Shown: positions 1 through 10,823 of the stretch, in pieces
Layout of the letters: every line of letters begins with the position of its first letter
Numbering within the stretch: position 1 is the first letter of the stretch
DNA from: Perkinsus chesapeaki ATCC PRA-425
Taxonomy: Eukaryota > Protista > Perkinsozoa
Reading direction: 5' to 3'
DNA length: 37,599 nucleotides
Assembly (NCBI GenBank): GCA_013115145.1
Contig: JAAPAO010000344.1
Coordinates: 1-37,599 of the forward strand
The notes under the pieces: model-generated
What the model saw: only the letters and a program-made list of their open reading frames with translations
The model's database searches: none
Told to the model about the DNA's origin: nothing
Made by a program: the position numbers and the translations under genes

Positions 1-171
1 GGGGTTGGTGGATACTATTAAGATAGGGAATAAGGGTTAAGTGATGACTAGGCTACTCTACTAGGGGTTGTTGTATACTATTAAGATAGGGAATAAGGGT
101 TAAGCGATGACTAGGCTACTCTACTAGGGGTCGTTGGATACTATTAAGAAAGGGAATAAGGGTTAAGTGAT
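1..171. repeat. 63-bp minisatellite, about 2.7 copies, in an intron of the P1B-ATPase
   Basis: Units start at 1, 64 and 127 (GGGGTTGGTGGATACTATTAAGATAGGGAATAAGGGTTAAGTGATGACTAGGCTACTCTACTA with a few substitutions). It lies downstream of the minus-strand GTAAGT donor at 206-201. Confidence 0.9.
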
Positions 172-206
172 ATCACTTGGCATTGCAGAACACGAGCCTC
201 ACTTAC

Positions 207-3033
207 CCTGCGTCAGCGTCCCTGTCTTATCAAAAGCTACTAACTGAATCTTCGCCAGTACCTCAATGACAGTTGGAGACTTCAACACTGTGCCGTAGTA
301 CTGCCGGACACCTAAACGGAGGGATAATCTCTCACTGGTGTAGCTGTCATCACCTGTCACTATGGCGGTCATATAGGCTACTGGAGCCGCCATCACAATA
401 CTGCAAGGGCAGGCAGCGACAAGAACAATCAATCCGCGCTCCAGTGACCAGCAATATATACCGATAGCAAGGAAGATTATAACCACCAGAGGGGTGTAAT
501 ATCTGAAGGATAAACGACGTTAATTAAACGCCGGAAGGAGTGACCCTTAACAACTCCCAAGACTATTTCCTTTGCGATATCGAATGAACTAATAGGTAGA
601 GACCAGACAGTAATATAACAATACTAATCGTAGATAACCAATAATATGATAATACAGCAATAACCAATACTACTGACTAACAATAATAATATACTGTATA
701 GTTTCATAATAATATAATGCAATAAGAAGAACGAGTAACTGATTCAGATTATGAATTTATGATCTATTTTGATGAATTATGAATAATATGATTACTGAAT
801 TAGATCATAATAAACAAGAATGATACTACGTATAATAATATACTTCATATATGGTCGAGGGACGTTTTTCCCCTAACAGCATAACTACCGCCAGACATAT
901 ACTGTATATTATATAGTGTATGATATTTGATAAATTACCATCATACGGTTTTTACTTGCGGAGCTACAGTACGATGATACTGGTTTATTCAACAAATAAA
1001 ATAGTAAACTTATTATCAAAGTTAATCAATTGTAGAATTTTATTGGACAAGATGAGGATTCAGCTGAGACGGCAAATCTTCCATATTCCCCAAATGCACG
1101 CGTCTACTTTTGATACCAACAAAGTCACTACACATCCCAATCGGTTCTTCAGAAGACCTGTCAGACCCCTTACTTTGCGAAAGTATCGACTGTGTCCTGC
1201 AAAGGCGTTCGCTGAGCCGTTGCCTCCTGTATGAGATCTGTCACTTTTTGAGTTCTTCCGACTCTACTGGTGACCTGTAATGAACACTAGAATGCCTGCG
1301 TGCTATATCATAACGAAGGAGCATCACCAAACTCCTGCACGCACTTTGGTGCTAACAACAATATACATAAACGGCGCTGGCAATTATTTATCTGTATATA
1401 GACCCAATTGGAACGACTCTTTCCACAAATAATAGAGCTTATGATAATAATTCGAGCCACCGGGAAGAGGGACAGCTCGACACAATTACTCGGATACCTA
1501 CCTCCACACATGGCAATGCACCTTTGACGACCAGCGTGCCGCTGTACACCTCGGAGCCTTTACTTTTATATACCGGGATGGATTCACCTGAACGAATTTA
1601 ATACGGTCACACACGAGAAGTTGATGAACAGTTCACGCTCATTTAAATTTCACGAAAGCTTTCGAACAGTTTCGAGCTGACCGTGAAATGATGAGATGCT
1701 CCGTGCATTAAACTCACCAGTAAGACGGCTCTCATCGACACTCGCACTGCCGTCAATCACTTTCCCATCAGCCGGGATAGAGTCTCCCGTTCGCACTAGA
1801 ATTCTGTCGCCGACCTGATAAAGAGTAGGGGGAAATTTCCGAAATATCCCGAAGAAAACACCTCCAAATCCTCGACTTGTACTAGTTTCCGTGAGTCTGC
1901 GAGGGTAGCCGTGGGGGTCTCCGTAGTCGCCATGATGCCCGCTAGCGACGCTGTCACTCGAATGCCCATGCACGACTGAGGGCAATGCAGTGGGCCGAGC
2001 GGAAGGACAAACACTTACCTGAAGAAGCCCTGAAAGATTCACGATTGCGCCCACTAAGACGGCTCGGTCCATTGCATTTCGATGGCCGCTCCTACAGCAG
2101 CCAGAAACATGAGAACCTGACATGCCAAAAATCTTTCGAGTGCGCAAAGATACGCCTAGGAATACCGAAACGTCCGAGAATTTCCTCATCATCAACGCCC
2201 GAGCGAAGCTGAGGAAGAGCGAAAAGGAGAGACAAAAGGCGATAATGAGAGGCACCAGAGCACCTGAATGGAATGACATAATAATGCTGCCGACTCAAAG
2301 GTTCCAGCTACCCCATACGATAGCTCCCACTTGCAACACAATGAGCACGGCTTGCAGTCCGGCTTTGCGGCGCATGCCTTTCAGAGCGCTTGCCTCTGAG
2401 GCACCTTCGAGGCCGGTGTGGACCAGAGAGGCTCCCAGTAGCTTTGTATTTAGGAGACTGAAAGACGAGAAGTACAGAATTTTCAACAGAACCAAGATGG
2501 AATATTTATTTATCCATTCTTGGCAATCTTCTGGGGATCAGGTTTGATAAAATGGATCGATTGTGAACACAGCGAAGCGCCCAGACACGAGCGGATTGTA
2601 CCACGCCCGAATACAAGTTTTGCACTTCCAAGCCATCGACACTCCGTGGAAGCTTGATGCAGAACCGCTGCGTTACTTTCGCTGAATGGGGCGACCGTTC
2701 GCTCGTTTGTTTCATGAACTCGGCGATATATAAATGTTATAAGGTAAAAATAATGTAAATGAAATGGGGACGGCGTAAGTTCTGCGCCGGGAGAACAATA
2801 TATGAATTCATTATCATTGGATGATGATCTTACTTGCATATTTCCACAGGACTTATCAGCTCACTATCATGCTCAACCGTTGCTATTTTGGTAACAGTAT
2901 TAACAGTTACTCTCCTTACACCAGGTAAAGGCCTCAAGACATCACTCACCAAATCAGCCTCCAATGCACAGCAAAGATTCGCCACTCGGACTTGAGTGAC
3001 GGTCTCTGCGCTCGATGACGGTTCTGCCGACAT
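207..3033 (-). CDS. P1B-type heavy-metal (Zn/Cd-type) transporting ATPase, multi-exon, 3' part outside window
   Basis: ATG at 3033 (MSAEPSSS). Motifs: N-terminal HMA domain with NLCCALE; A-domain GDRILVRTGDSIPADG...VDESRLTGE (about 1700-1810); QEATAQRTPLQDTVD exon; TM CPC (VAACPCSIVMAAP); phosphorylation motif FDKTGTLT (about 210-240). Exons are joined by GT-AG introns. Confidence 0.93.
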
Positions 3034-3447
3034 TCCCCTCCCAAAAAACCAATCAAGCAAGCCTGCGTGGAATGACCGCGCGTTTACGATTCCCTCTCAT
3101 TCATCAAAGAGAATACCCTCGCGCTGGAAGGTGTGAAAATTTGTCGGAATTTTCGGTAAATTTCTCGGACCAAAATTCAGCCCCTCGGCTAGCGACAATT
3201 TGAATCTGTAGATATTAACACCAAGATATCAACCATATTTCAACTTGATCGCTGTAACACTCAACATCCCCACCGACAGTACCTCTCCGCGCTCGGTGCT
3301 TGAACTCTATACAACTGTTAGTTTCAGAACAGATTCGCTGTAGGTCACCTGTCCCTCTATATACTGTAGCACTCCACCGTCAAGGAGCGGACACAGAATC
3401 TGTCCCCTTTGCCCAATAACACTACACCACCGTATGAGAAACACATA

Positions 3448-5019
3448 TCAATATCGCATGGGTATGGTTCCATTACAGATCCTCCGCGGTGACTTCGGTC
3501 GCATCGGCCAGTAGCTCATCATCAGCAATTCTCGCAGCTTCGGACTTTCTCTATGTGGCCTGGTCTCGCCATTCTCAAACAGGTTTTGTGGCGCGCGGTC
3601 CCCATAGAATGCCTCCAGCAAGTCGTTGTAATGCACCCCTTCCCTGTCGTCCTTTTCCGCCACCTTTTCCTTGACCGTTTCGTCCGAGTCACCATGAAGG
3701 AAATGAAACAGGACTATTTCGTCCGGGTCACCAGTCCATCCACCGACCTCGACATGACGCGATGAGACAAATTGGACACCTGCCTCCAGATAGCCCCAAC
3801 GCGAAATTCCTATTTTTCCATCAGAATCTCCAGCAACATCTACCGGCAAATCCCTCGGCCACGCTACTCTCTCGCCTGCACCCAAAAAAGCCGACACTGT
3901 CTTCTGGTCATGCTCGTAAGGGGTGCGATAGACCCAGGAAAGGATTGCCAACCACCAGTCTCGAACTAAAGGCGTTGCACGAAGATATACAACCCCGCTA
4001 CATACGCAATCGGCGGCGAAGGAGCTGGCCGTCATCACGTCCAAGCCTCCGTTTTGCGCTAGTAGCGCTGGCAAGGGGTTCTTGAATAGGAAGACGTCGA
4101 AGTCCATCCAAAGCACGTCGATGCCAGCGTGGAGGAAGATCAGGGGCAAAGTGAACTTGTTGAGAATCGACGGAGTTCCCCGAATACATTTTCCGATCGG
4201 GTGCCGTTGGCAGACCTCATAGGCCTCTTCATCAAGCGTGAAAACAACGAACTGATTTAGTCCTACTGCTTTGGCGCGGTTGAGGTACTTTTTCAGGTAC
4301 TTATTGAAATTATTTCCGTAAACCATTGTCATTGGGACAAGCGTTGTATTCTCCTCCAGCTGCCATAACACAGACATCGTATCTGCCATGGCACGGCTAG
4401 TGACCTCCGGAGAATCTTGCAAGCTTCGAGCTAAGATATTTGTCGAATCTTCCAGCTCTTCCGGCAGGAAATCCAGCTTGTATCGATGTCGCTTCAAAAC
4501 CTTTCTCAAATGCACCAACATGCTGTACACTGGCCACTTCGATGACCCGATCACATGGGGCGAGACGTTACTAAGTACGTGATCAATCACCGTACAGTGC
4601 GAATTAAAACAGATGCTCTCCGTGTGGGCACAAATCATCCCCTTTACTATATTCGCCATGAGGAACCCCAGCGGGCATTCGTCAAATGCGGCCGTCCATC
4701 TGGCTTCCATCTCAGGCCCATACGCTACGTTGAGCGATGGCTGGTACCAGTCACTACGCAGGAACACTCTCGCGTAGGCCGGCCAATCCAGAATAGGATC
4801 TTCGACATCTTCGCAATTGTTAAACGTATCGGTCGACATCCCGTTGGTGATATTATGCCACCAAACTTGGCTGTTCAGCGTTTCCATTACAGGCCACTCA
4901 GTTCCCAGTAACACCTTGAACGACACTTCACCGAAGCCTTCCTTTACTGTATTATGTGTGTTGTGGTAGCAACTACTCGGGTCGATATGAAGGAAAGTAC
5001 CTTCCAGGACAGCCCTCAA
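3448..5019 (-). CDS. Nucleotide-diphospho-sugar transferase (Nucleotid_trans / GT77-like glycosyltransferase); 5' end uncertain
   Basis: 523-aa open frame with GIDVLWMDFDVFLFKNP (DxD), CSGVVYLRAT and YEHDQ motifs typical of the family. The frame stays open to about 5085 without an ATG, so an upstream exon is likely. Confidence 0.8.
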   Translation of the reverse strand: MRAVLEGTFLHIDPSSCYHNTHNTVKEGFGEVSFKVLLGTEWPVMETLNSQVWWHNITNGMSTDTFNNCEDVEDPILDWPAYARVFLRSDWYQPSLNVAYGPEMEARWTAAFDECPLGFLMANIVKGMICAHTESICFNSHCTVIDHVLSNVSPHVIGSSKWPVYSMLVHLRKVLKRHRYKLDFLPEELEDSTNILARSLQDSPEVTSRAMADTMSVLWQLEENTTLVPMTMVYGNNFNKYLKKYLNRAKAVGLNQFVVFTLDEEAYEVCQRHPIGKCIRGTPSILNKFTLPLIFLHAGIDVLWMDFDVFLFKNPLPALLAQNGGLDVMTASSFAADCVCSGVVYLRATPLVRDWWLAILSWVYRTPYEHDQKTVSAFLGAGERVAWPRDLPVDVAGDSDGKIGISRWGYLEAGVQFVSSRHVEVGGWTGDPDEIVLFHFLHGDSDETVKEKVAEKDDREGVHYNDLLEAFYGDRAPQNLFENGETRPHRESPKLRELLMMSYWPMRPKSPRRICNGTIPMRY

Positions 5020-5735
5020 AATCTCACGATCCCCACTAGTGACTATTTTGGACCGGACTAGCCTCCCCTGATAGCCAGCATTTCATATGAAAAATAAAGA
5101 TTCAAACGCACACAAGCTTAACATATTGGCTCAACTGGTACAACGGCATATAAAATATACGATACTCGGATGACCGAGGACGGAGACCGAAATTTCGGAG
5201 CGAAGGTTTTGGTAATATCCACATTTACATTATACTAGGACAAGTAATAAAGGTATGTATAGAGCTCTGAAGCAGTTAACGCTATTCCTTTGATTGGGAT
5301 GATATTCTTCTACTTCTCACGCACTTGTGCAGCTGGTTGATTTGCCAACCAAGATCATATCCAGGCAACCCTACTCCGCAGTAGGGTATATATTATCCCC
5401 CCGACACCGAAACCATAACACTCCCATTGCACTCCTAATGTGGTAAAGAGTATAATCATACGTTCATAAGTAGCCTCGTTAGCTCGCTGAGTTACAGTAA
5501 GTACTCCCCGGATGCGAAAAATGAGGATCGGCACAGTTGGTTGAGTCTATGAGGATTGATGTATCAACACCCAAGTTTGGTGACGCCGCCAGCGGGGATG
5601 AAATCTGGTAACGTTGTCAAAGAGGATCGGCGAAAGACGCTGTGATGAGCCCAAACGGAATGCATTCGAGTTCCCGAGTTGGCAGAAGTCCCTGTGGGAC
5701 TTAAAACTTGAAAGCGTGACGAAGCCAAACGAGAC

Positions 5736-6050
5736 TTAGGTGGCATCTAACAGATCATTCTGCGGCCGAGAAGTAACGCTCCAATTTGAAGATTCGTCCC
5801 AAAAAGTCCTGACCGATTTGCCAGCCAACACTCCCGTTATAGTACCATCCTTCTGTCGATCACCAACTTCTTGGATCCAACAGTCCATCATTAGTATCAC
5901 ATCAACCATAAGTGAACCAATTCGACATTCCTTTCTTGAAATCTCTCGCCGATGCTCTTTTTCCAGTAGGGCTCTCACGTACGGTTTACTCACCTTAAGG
6001 AAAGCGGAGAACATATCAAATACAGGTGGAGCATTCGTTCTGGAGGAGGC
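5736..6050 (-). mobile_element. Possible hAT-like transposase fragment (tentative)
   Basis: FSAFLKVSKPY...VILMMDCW resembles the F..l..l.P.y ... D.W region of hAT transposases, but the spacing is short and downstream motifs are not convincing. Confidence 0.22.
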
Positions 6051-7004
6051 AAAGAGTCGCCGAACATGGACTTATATTGAATAGCATGCTGCTACTATGC
6101 TTCGATAAAGGTCAACCGCGGATGATGGTATAATCGTATAAGTGACGAATCTATTCCGATGAATTGTAGATAACGATGAGTGAGCCAGTTGTCCGCGTTG
6201 ACCGTATGAGATGTGGCGTTTCCTAGAACATACCGCTCGATTTTCTAATTATACAACCGGACAGAAGACTGTTGATGAACTGTCAATTTAGTGCCATCTT
6301 TAAGGACGACCTAGTCACCTGGTAGTTACAATCGGTCAACGAATAAAGGTAATGAACCGTCCTAGTAACGTCTCAAACGGCAATGGCGACCCTACTAGAT
6401 TTACCACAATAAGAGGCTTATAAATGGAAAGTGTATAGACCACGAAAGCAGCTCAGAAGCCAAGGTGATAACTCACACTAAGTATATCGTCTAGCCCGTC
6501 AACTTCACTTAAATCTTCTCGCCATGAGTTCCAATCGATTACACCCTTCCGTCCAAGATTGCGACAATCAAAATCTGGGAACTTCTCGCTGTCATAGAAA
6601 GACAACGCGACACCGAGGAAGCCGAGTGGAAGAATGCGCATTTGAGGGCAAAAGTCGACCCAAGAAATAAGCCTGAGACTTCCACAGCGTGGGTGGTAGT
6701 GAGACTTAATACCACCCACCCTGACTACTAGTGATTCCATACGGTTGGCCAAACCGATTGTCAAGTTGTAATAGTGATAGTCGTAATTAAAACAAACGGA
6801 TAGGAGTAAGTTCTTTATTTTGGTCCTTCCTAAGCTGTCTCATATCAGGAGACATAATAAAATTATGAGACTCATATCGAATTAAGACGAGGATAGATCG
6901 GTGGCGATAGCATAATTCTTGTGCTGCAGAAGTTGTGCATTATGCAAGACTCTTTTCGTTGAAGGAATAAGAACTGATGATGCCACTAGGTCTCTCCGAG
7001 AGGG

Positions 7005-7076
7005 GACAGAGCTCGGCGAAGCGTCATTACATCCTGGTGGAGGGTCGCGGGTTCGATCCCCAGGTCTGTCATTTTT
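7005..7076 (+). tRNA. Degenerate tRNA-like element (pseudogene or tRNA-derived repeat head)
   Basis: GACAGA (7005-7010) pairs with TCTGTC (7065-7070), followed by a discriminator A and T5. B-box GGTTCGATCCC at 7050-7060. Only 67 nt, with a 3-bp T-stem and no canonical anticodon arm. Confidence 0.3.
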
Positions 7077-7383
7077 CCGCGGAACACGTTTTTCACCCTC
7101 AAACCTTCAAGCTAACCAGAAGCCTTTTTTGAATTTTTCATAGTATCCGCATTGTAGAGGCTATCAGATTGTATATACTATATAGCATGTAGTCGTAACC
7201 TATCTAGAACGACCTGGCTAATTTGTTCGCCTCACGCATGCACGCACGCACCGCGCGTGACGCACACATGGAGTGTGAGGCCGTAATGGTTAGACCTTCA
7301 CACCAGAGGGTTCATCAGATGGAAGAGATGAACCTGATCTCTTTAGTAGAGGTCACCCAAATATTTTCCAGTTACGGGTAAAG

Positions 7384-7405
7384 ACCGCAAGTTGCGGTCC
7401 GCAAC
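7384..7405. repeat. Perfect 22-bp double palindrome, T=ACCGCAAC
   Basis: a-ccgcaa-g-ttgcgg-t-ccgcaa-c. Confidence 0.9.
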
Positions 7406-7790
7406 TGTCGTTAGCCTGTCGTCAACATTCATAGATTATGAATCATAATCAGAGCCCCCTGCGGGTTCCATACAAGAGAAATAGCAACCCCTCACCTTCT
7501 TCGGAGAAGAAGAATGGATAAGATTCTTCTCCATACATGTGAGTTTCATGATGGGACACAACCAGGCTAGTTGAACTAGCTGTTAAACCCAGTAACTGGG
7601 TCAACTTGACCCACACGGGCGCCCTGCGTGCTAGGCTAATGCAGTGCCTATACACAGTAGAGCATGTTAATTCAATGAACACAAGAGATCAATAATGAGT
7701 GAGCGCACTCCTGAACCAGGAATTCTGAGTCAGGATTCCTGACTCCTGGTCGGACCAGGCTTAGCCGCTAAGGTAGGGGAGAGAACAACA

Positions 7791-7812
7791 GAGAGCATTG
7801 CTCTCAGAGCAA
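7791..7812. repeat. Perfect 22-bp double palindrome, T=GAGAGCAA
   Basis: g-agagca-t-tgctct-c-agagca-a. Confidence 0.9.
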
Positions 7813-8135
7813 GTGACGACATATTCTACGTCGTAGACCTCTCGTGTCCTCAGCTCGTAACCTTTGGATCTTAAGTCAGTAAATCACACTATGAAACCAT
7901 CAAAGTTTGACGTTCAAAAATTCAGACTCAAAATTCGACGACAAGATAGGGACATTACGAAGCTGTTAATGCAAGAAATCCCAGCCTAGGATGTTTGTGT
8001 AGGATTGGAAGCACGGCTAGCTGCGAACGCGTGAGAAAAATTTAGGTTGATTGCAACTTAGATCACGAGTAGTGTGCGCTATCTTGTATTATACAATTAG
8101 TATATTCCGTCACGCTATTGAATTTCAACAATAAC

Positions 8136-8157
8136 CTGTTGAATCAACAGTGTTGAT
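8136..8157. repeat. Perfect 22-bp double palindrome, T=CTGTTGAT
   Basis: c-tgttga-a-tcaaca-g-tgttga-t. Confidence 0.9.
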
Positions 8158-8584
8158 GTAAGTTTTCATTTCATCGGGAAAGGTGTAGTCTAGTGCTTTT
8201 CCATTATTAATGGGTTATTAAACCAAACTCCATTGAATTGAACATATTTGACTACGTAGGGAACGCGATGGGCGGAGTTAGCAGAGTCATGGTTAAAAGT
8301 CAGCTAACTTAAGTTACTTAACTGGCCTGGCTTCTCGAGCGCTTATGGCTACTACGCTGAGAACGAGGCATCGACGGGGAACACACTGTTCCCCTGAATT
8401 ACCCTTCCTTTCGGTTCTCCCCATCTGAGGGCGTATCTTCGCCTTCGGTACAGATTTTCCAATCGTACGTTTCTGTAATGAATATAAGGTTACGCAATAT
8501 GCGATAAATGAAATATCTCATGCGGCGTTTACTTTTAACCTTTCCGGGGAAGGCTTCCCCACATTCTCCTCATCTGAGCAGTTA

Positions 8585-8960
8585 TCACGCGCGTTCAGTA
8601 CAGGCTTTCCAATAGTACGTTTCTGGCTCAACGGAGTAAGCCATATGACTTAAAGTCATCGCCGTGGACCAATCTTTGACCGTCTGGGGGGTCTTTCTGG
8701 AGTCCCAAGGTAAATGCCACGCAAAGGACATGGGTGCATAAAGTCGTTCACGTCTCCAAGAATGGAAGACGAAGAAATGAATGCTTCGCCGAGCCATACT
8801 CCTTAAATGGGTGCTAGCACTGCACTTAGACGGCTTCGACCTTCTCGCAGAGGTCAGACACTTCATCAACTTCGCAGTTCTTAGTCGCGGTTGGTTTCTT
8901 GTATATGCCGAGACCGTTGATAACCGCTAGATGTAATTCAATTACAGTAATTGGTGCCCC
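8585..8960 (-). pseudogene. Possible decayed gene of an unknown secreted-type protein
   Basis: One frame reads LHLAVINGLGIYKKPTATKNCEVDEVSDLCEKVEAV*VQC*HPFKEYGSAKHSFLRLPFLET*TTLCTHVLCVAF... It is protein-like but has several stops; no family recognised. Confidence 0.25.
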
Positions 8961-9434
8961 GCGCAAGGAATCCAACAGTGAAGATTGGGAAGAATCACTG
9001 GAAGGAGTTGACGGGAGCATTTTTCCATGTCCGCGCCAGAATCGGCTGTGATGAAGAACACCCGACGAGAGATAAAGTGGCGTTAGTCTGTTTGGGTTCA
9101 ACCTACTGGGTTGAAAGATCACCTTCATTTCTATACGCTCTGCGCAGTTCCAACCGCGGACGCTACTAGCGTCACTGGGCTCTAGGCCGTATGCCGCCCA
9201 CGTACAGTATCCAACGAACCGGTAGGGCGGCCACATTGGCCGCCAGCCATAATGGCTGAGTAACCAAACGGTCAGAACACTGAGATGCCTCGAATTGACA
9301 TTCACGAAAGATAAAAAGAATAGTACTAACGATAATAGTTATCTTCGACAATGGCAATAGACATGACTACGAGAGAGATAAAATAAATCATTATAATCAA
9401 TCATCTGACATGTAGAGTTCTTGTAGGCTATGGT

Positions 9435-9456
9435 GTCGTTAATAACGACTCGTTAT
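9435..9456. repeat. Perfect 22-bp double palindrome, T=GTCGTTAT
   Basis: g-tcgtta-a-taacga-c-tcgtta-t. Confidence 0.9.
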
Positions 9457-9460
9457 AAGA

Positions 9461-10141
9461 TTACTCTTCAAGATCGCTCTCGTTTCTAGCTTCCACGGCA
9501 GCGATGTTGACCGAAATACCATTCTCCACGATACCGCAGATACGCATACCTCTAATAAGACGATCGATAGTAACCAAATCAGCATCTGATGCTATCTGAT
9601 TCAGATACAAATAGACGGCCAATAAAATTGACGTTCTTAAGGAATAGGTCTCTACTGATAGGACCAGTTTGATACAAAACGGCCTTGATATCAATCTTAG
9701 ATTTCTTTAGATCCATACCAATGATACCATTGAATAAGATCATTTTACAGATATAATTATATTTAATACCAGCTGCGTAGATGTAACGGGGTAAGGGGAT
9801 GCACTTCAACTCAGATCCTTTAATCTGATCATAGTCGTATTCACGTAGAGGAGTGATAGACATAACGTGCTCATTCGGCTCCATAGATAGATTACCAGCT
9901 GCGATCTCAAGAGCAACCACTGAGATATACCTTGCAAAGATACCAAGAGTAGATATACGGGGAACTCGGATAAGGGTGAAGTCGGTTAAGGCGGTGGTAT
10001 CCAACGAACCACCTCATATAAAATAGTAGATGTAGCTCCAGTTAAAATAAACTAACGATAGATTGGGCCTAAACTAGACCAGATGTAGGGACTGATACCA
10101 CCAGGTTTACTGATAGCAAGTTCAGAAAGGGCGTTTTCATG
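9461..10141 (-). pseudogene. Intronless frameshifted ORF of about 220 codons, unknown and foreign-looking
   Basis: Overlapping frames HENALSELAISKPGGISPYIWSSLG / AQSIVSFILTGATSTILYEVVR / SLDTTALTDFTLIRVPR...FLKNVNFIG / YLNQIASDADLVTIDRLIRGMR...ESDLEE*, with marked T/C-ending codons and no evident introns. Confidence 0.45.
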
Positions 10142-10823
10142 GTCAGTACAAGCATCAGGGCCGCGAGTCGCGGGCTGACTCTGCCGCTCCTTTCTTGTCG
10201 ATGAGCGCCTACCATCCACCTCCACGATGTGGAGTTCACATAGAAGCGGCGTCCACGCAGGAAAGCAAAGCTAACTTTGCTTGCATCGTGTCACACGTTT
10301 CGTGTGCCTCTCCGTGACACGGAGTCTGTGTGGTGCTGTACCTGGTTGTACAGTACAACCCTTTACTCGTGTGTACTACTGGTACACACGAGTACGTAAA
10401 AACGTCCGGGAGGCTTTCCGCGACAAACGTCACGCCATTTCATCCTAAGACTTGAGTAAACTGTCAGATGGTACCGTACCATCGGTAATACTAGTACGGT
10501 ACTAGTAGTACTCACGACCCCACATCTTACAACATGGAGTAATTCGTCTCTTGGATTGGTTAGAACAGTCTGGTTTATAATTAAGAAGTCAATGAATTCT
10601 AACAATCGGAATGCCAGTCGAGAAACCTCGCACTACGAATTCGCAGCATGCGACTCGAATTAGCGCTCGGAATTCTGAGCATTCGAAGGAATTCTCAAAA
10701 GCGGTCGTTCGACAATGCCGGATCGCCGATTCGGATCTCAAGAATTAAGTCAATATAAAGGTCTCGTGTAGGCTCGACGGTTAATGTTATGAACCAAACA
10801 CAATGCAAGCGGTCATAACCGTG

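Noticed and set aside
1-171. Telomeric repeat (AGGGTTA motif at window start)
   Set aside because: The motif occurs once per 63-bp unit, not as a short tandem tract, and lies within a gene intron.
3489-4911. Plus-strand ORFs overlapping the GT77-like gene, and similar antisense ORFs over OLA1 and SerB
   Set aside because: Shadow frames of real genes on the opposite strand, with no motifs.
5640-5680. Reverse transcriptase motif (ECIPFGL)
   Set aside because: No flanking RT motifs (LD...Y.Q, Y.DD) in any frame.
6453-6764. 103-aa minus-strand ORF as a gene
   Set aside because: Protein-like, but it has a non-ATG start and no motif or exon partners I can support.
9461-10141. Mitochondrial insertion (frameshifted cox/cob)
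   Set aside because: Not extremely AT-rich, and no cox1/cox3/cob motifs or multi-TM pattern.
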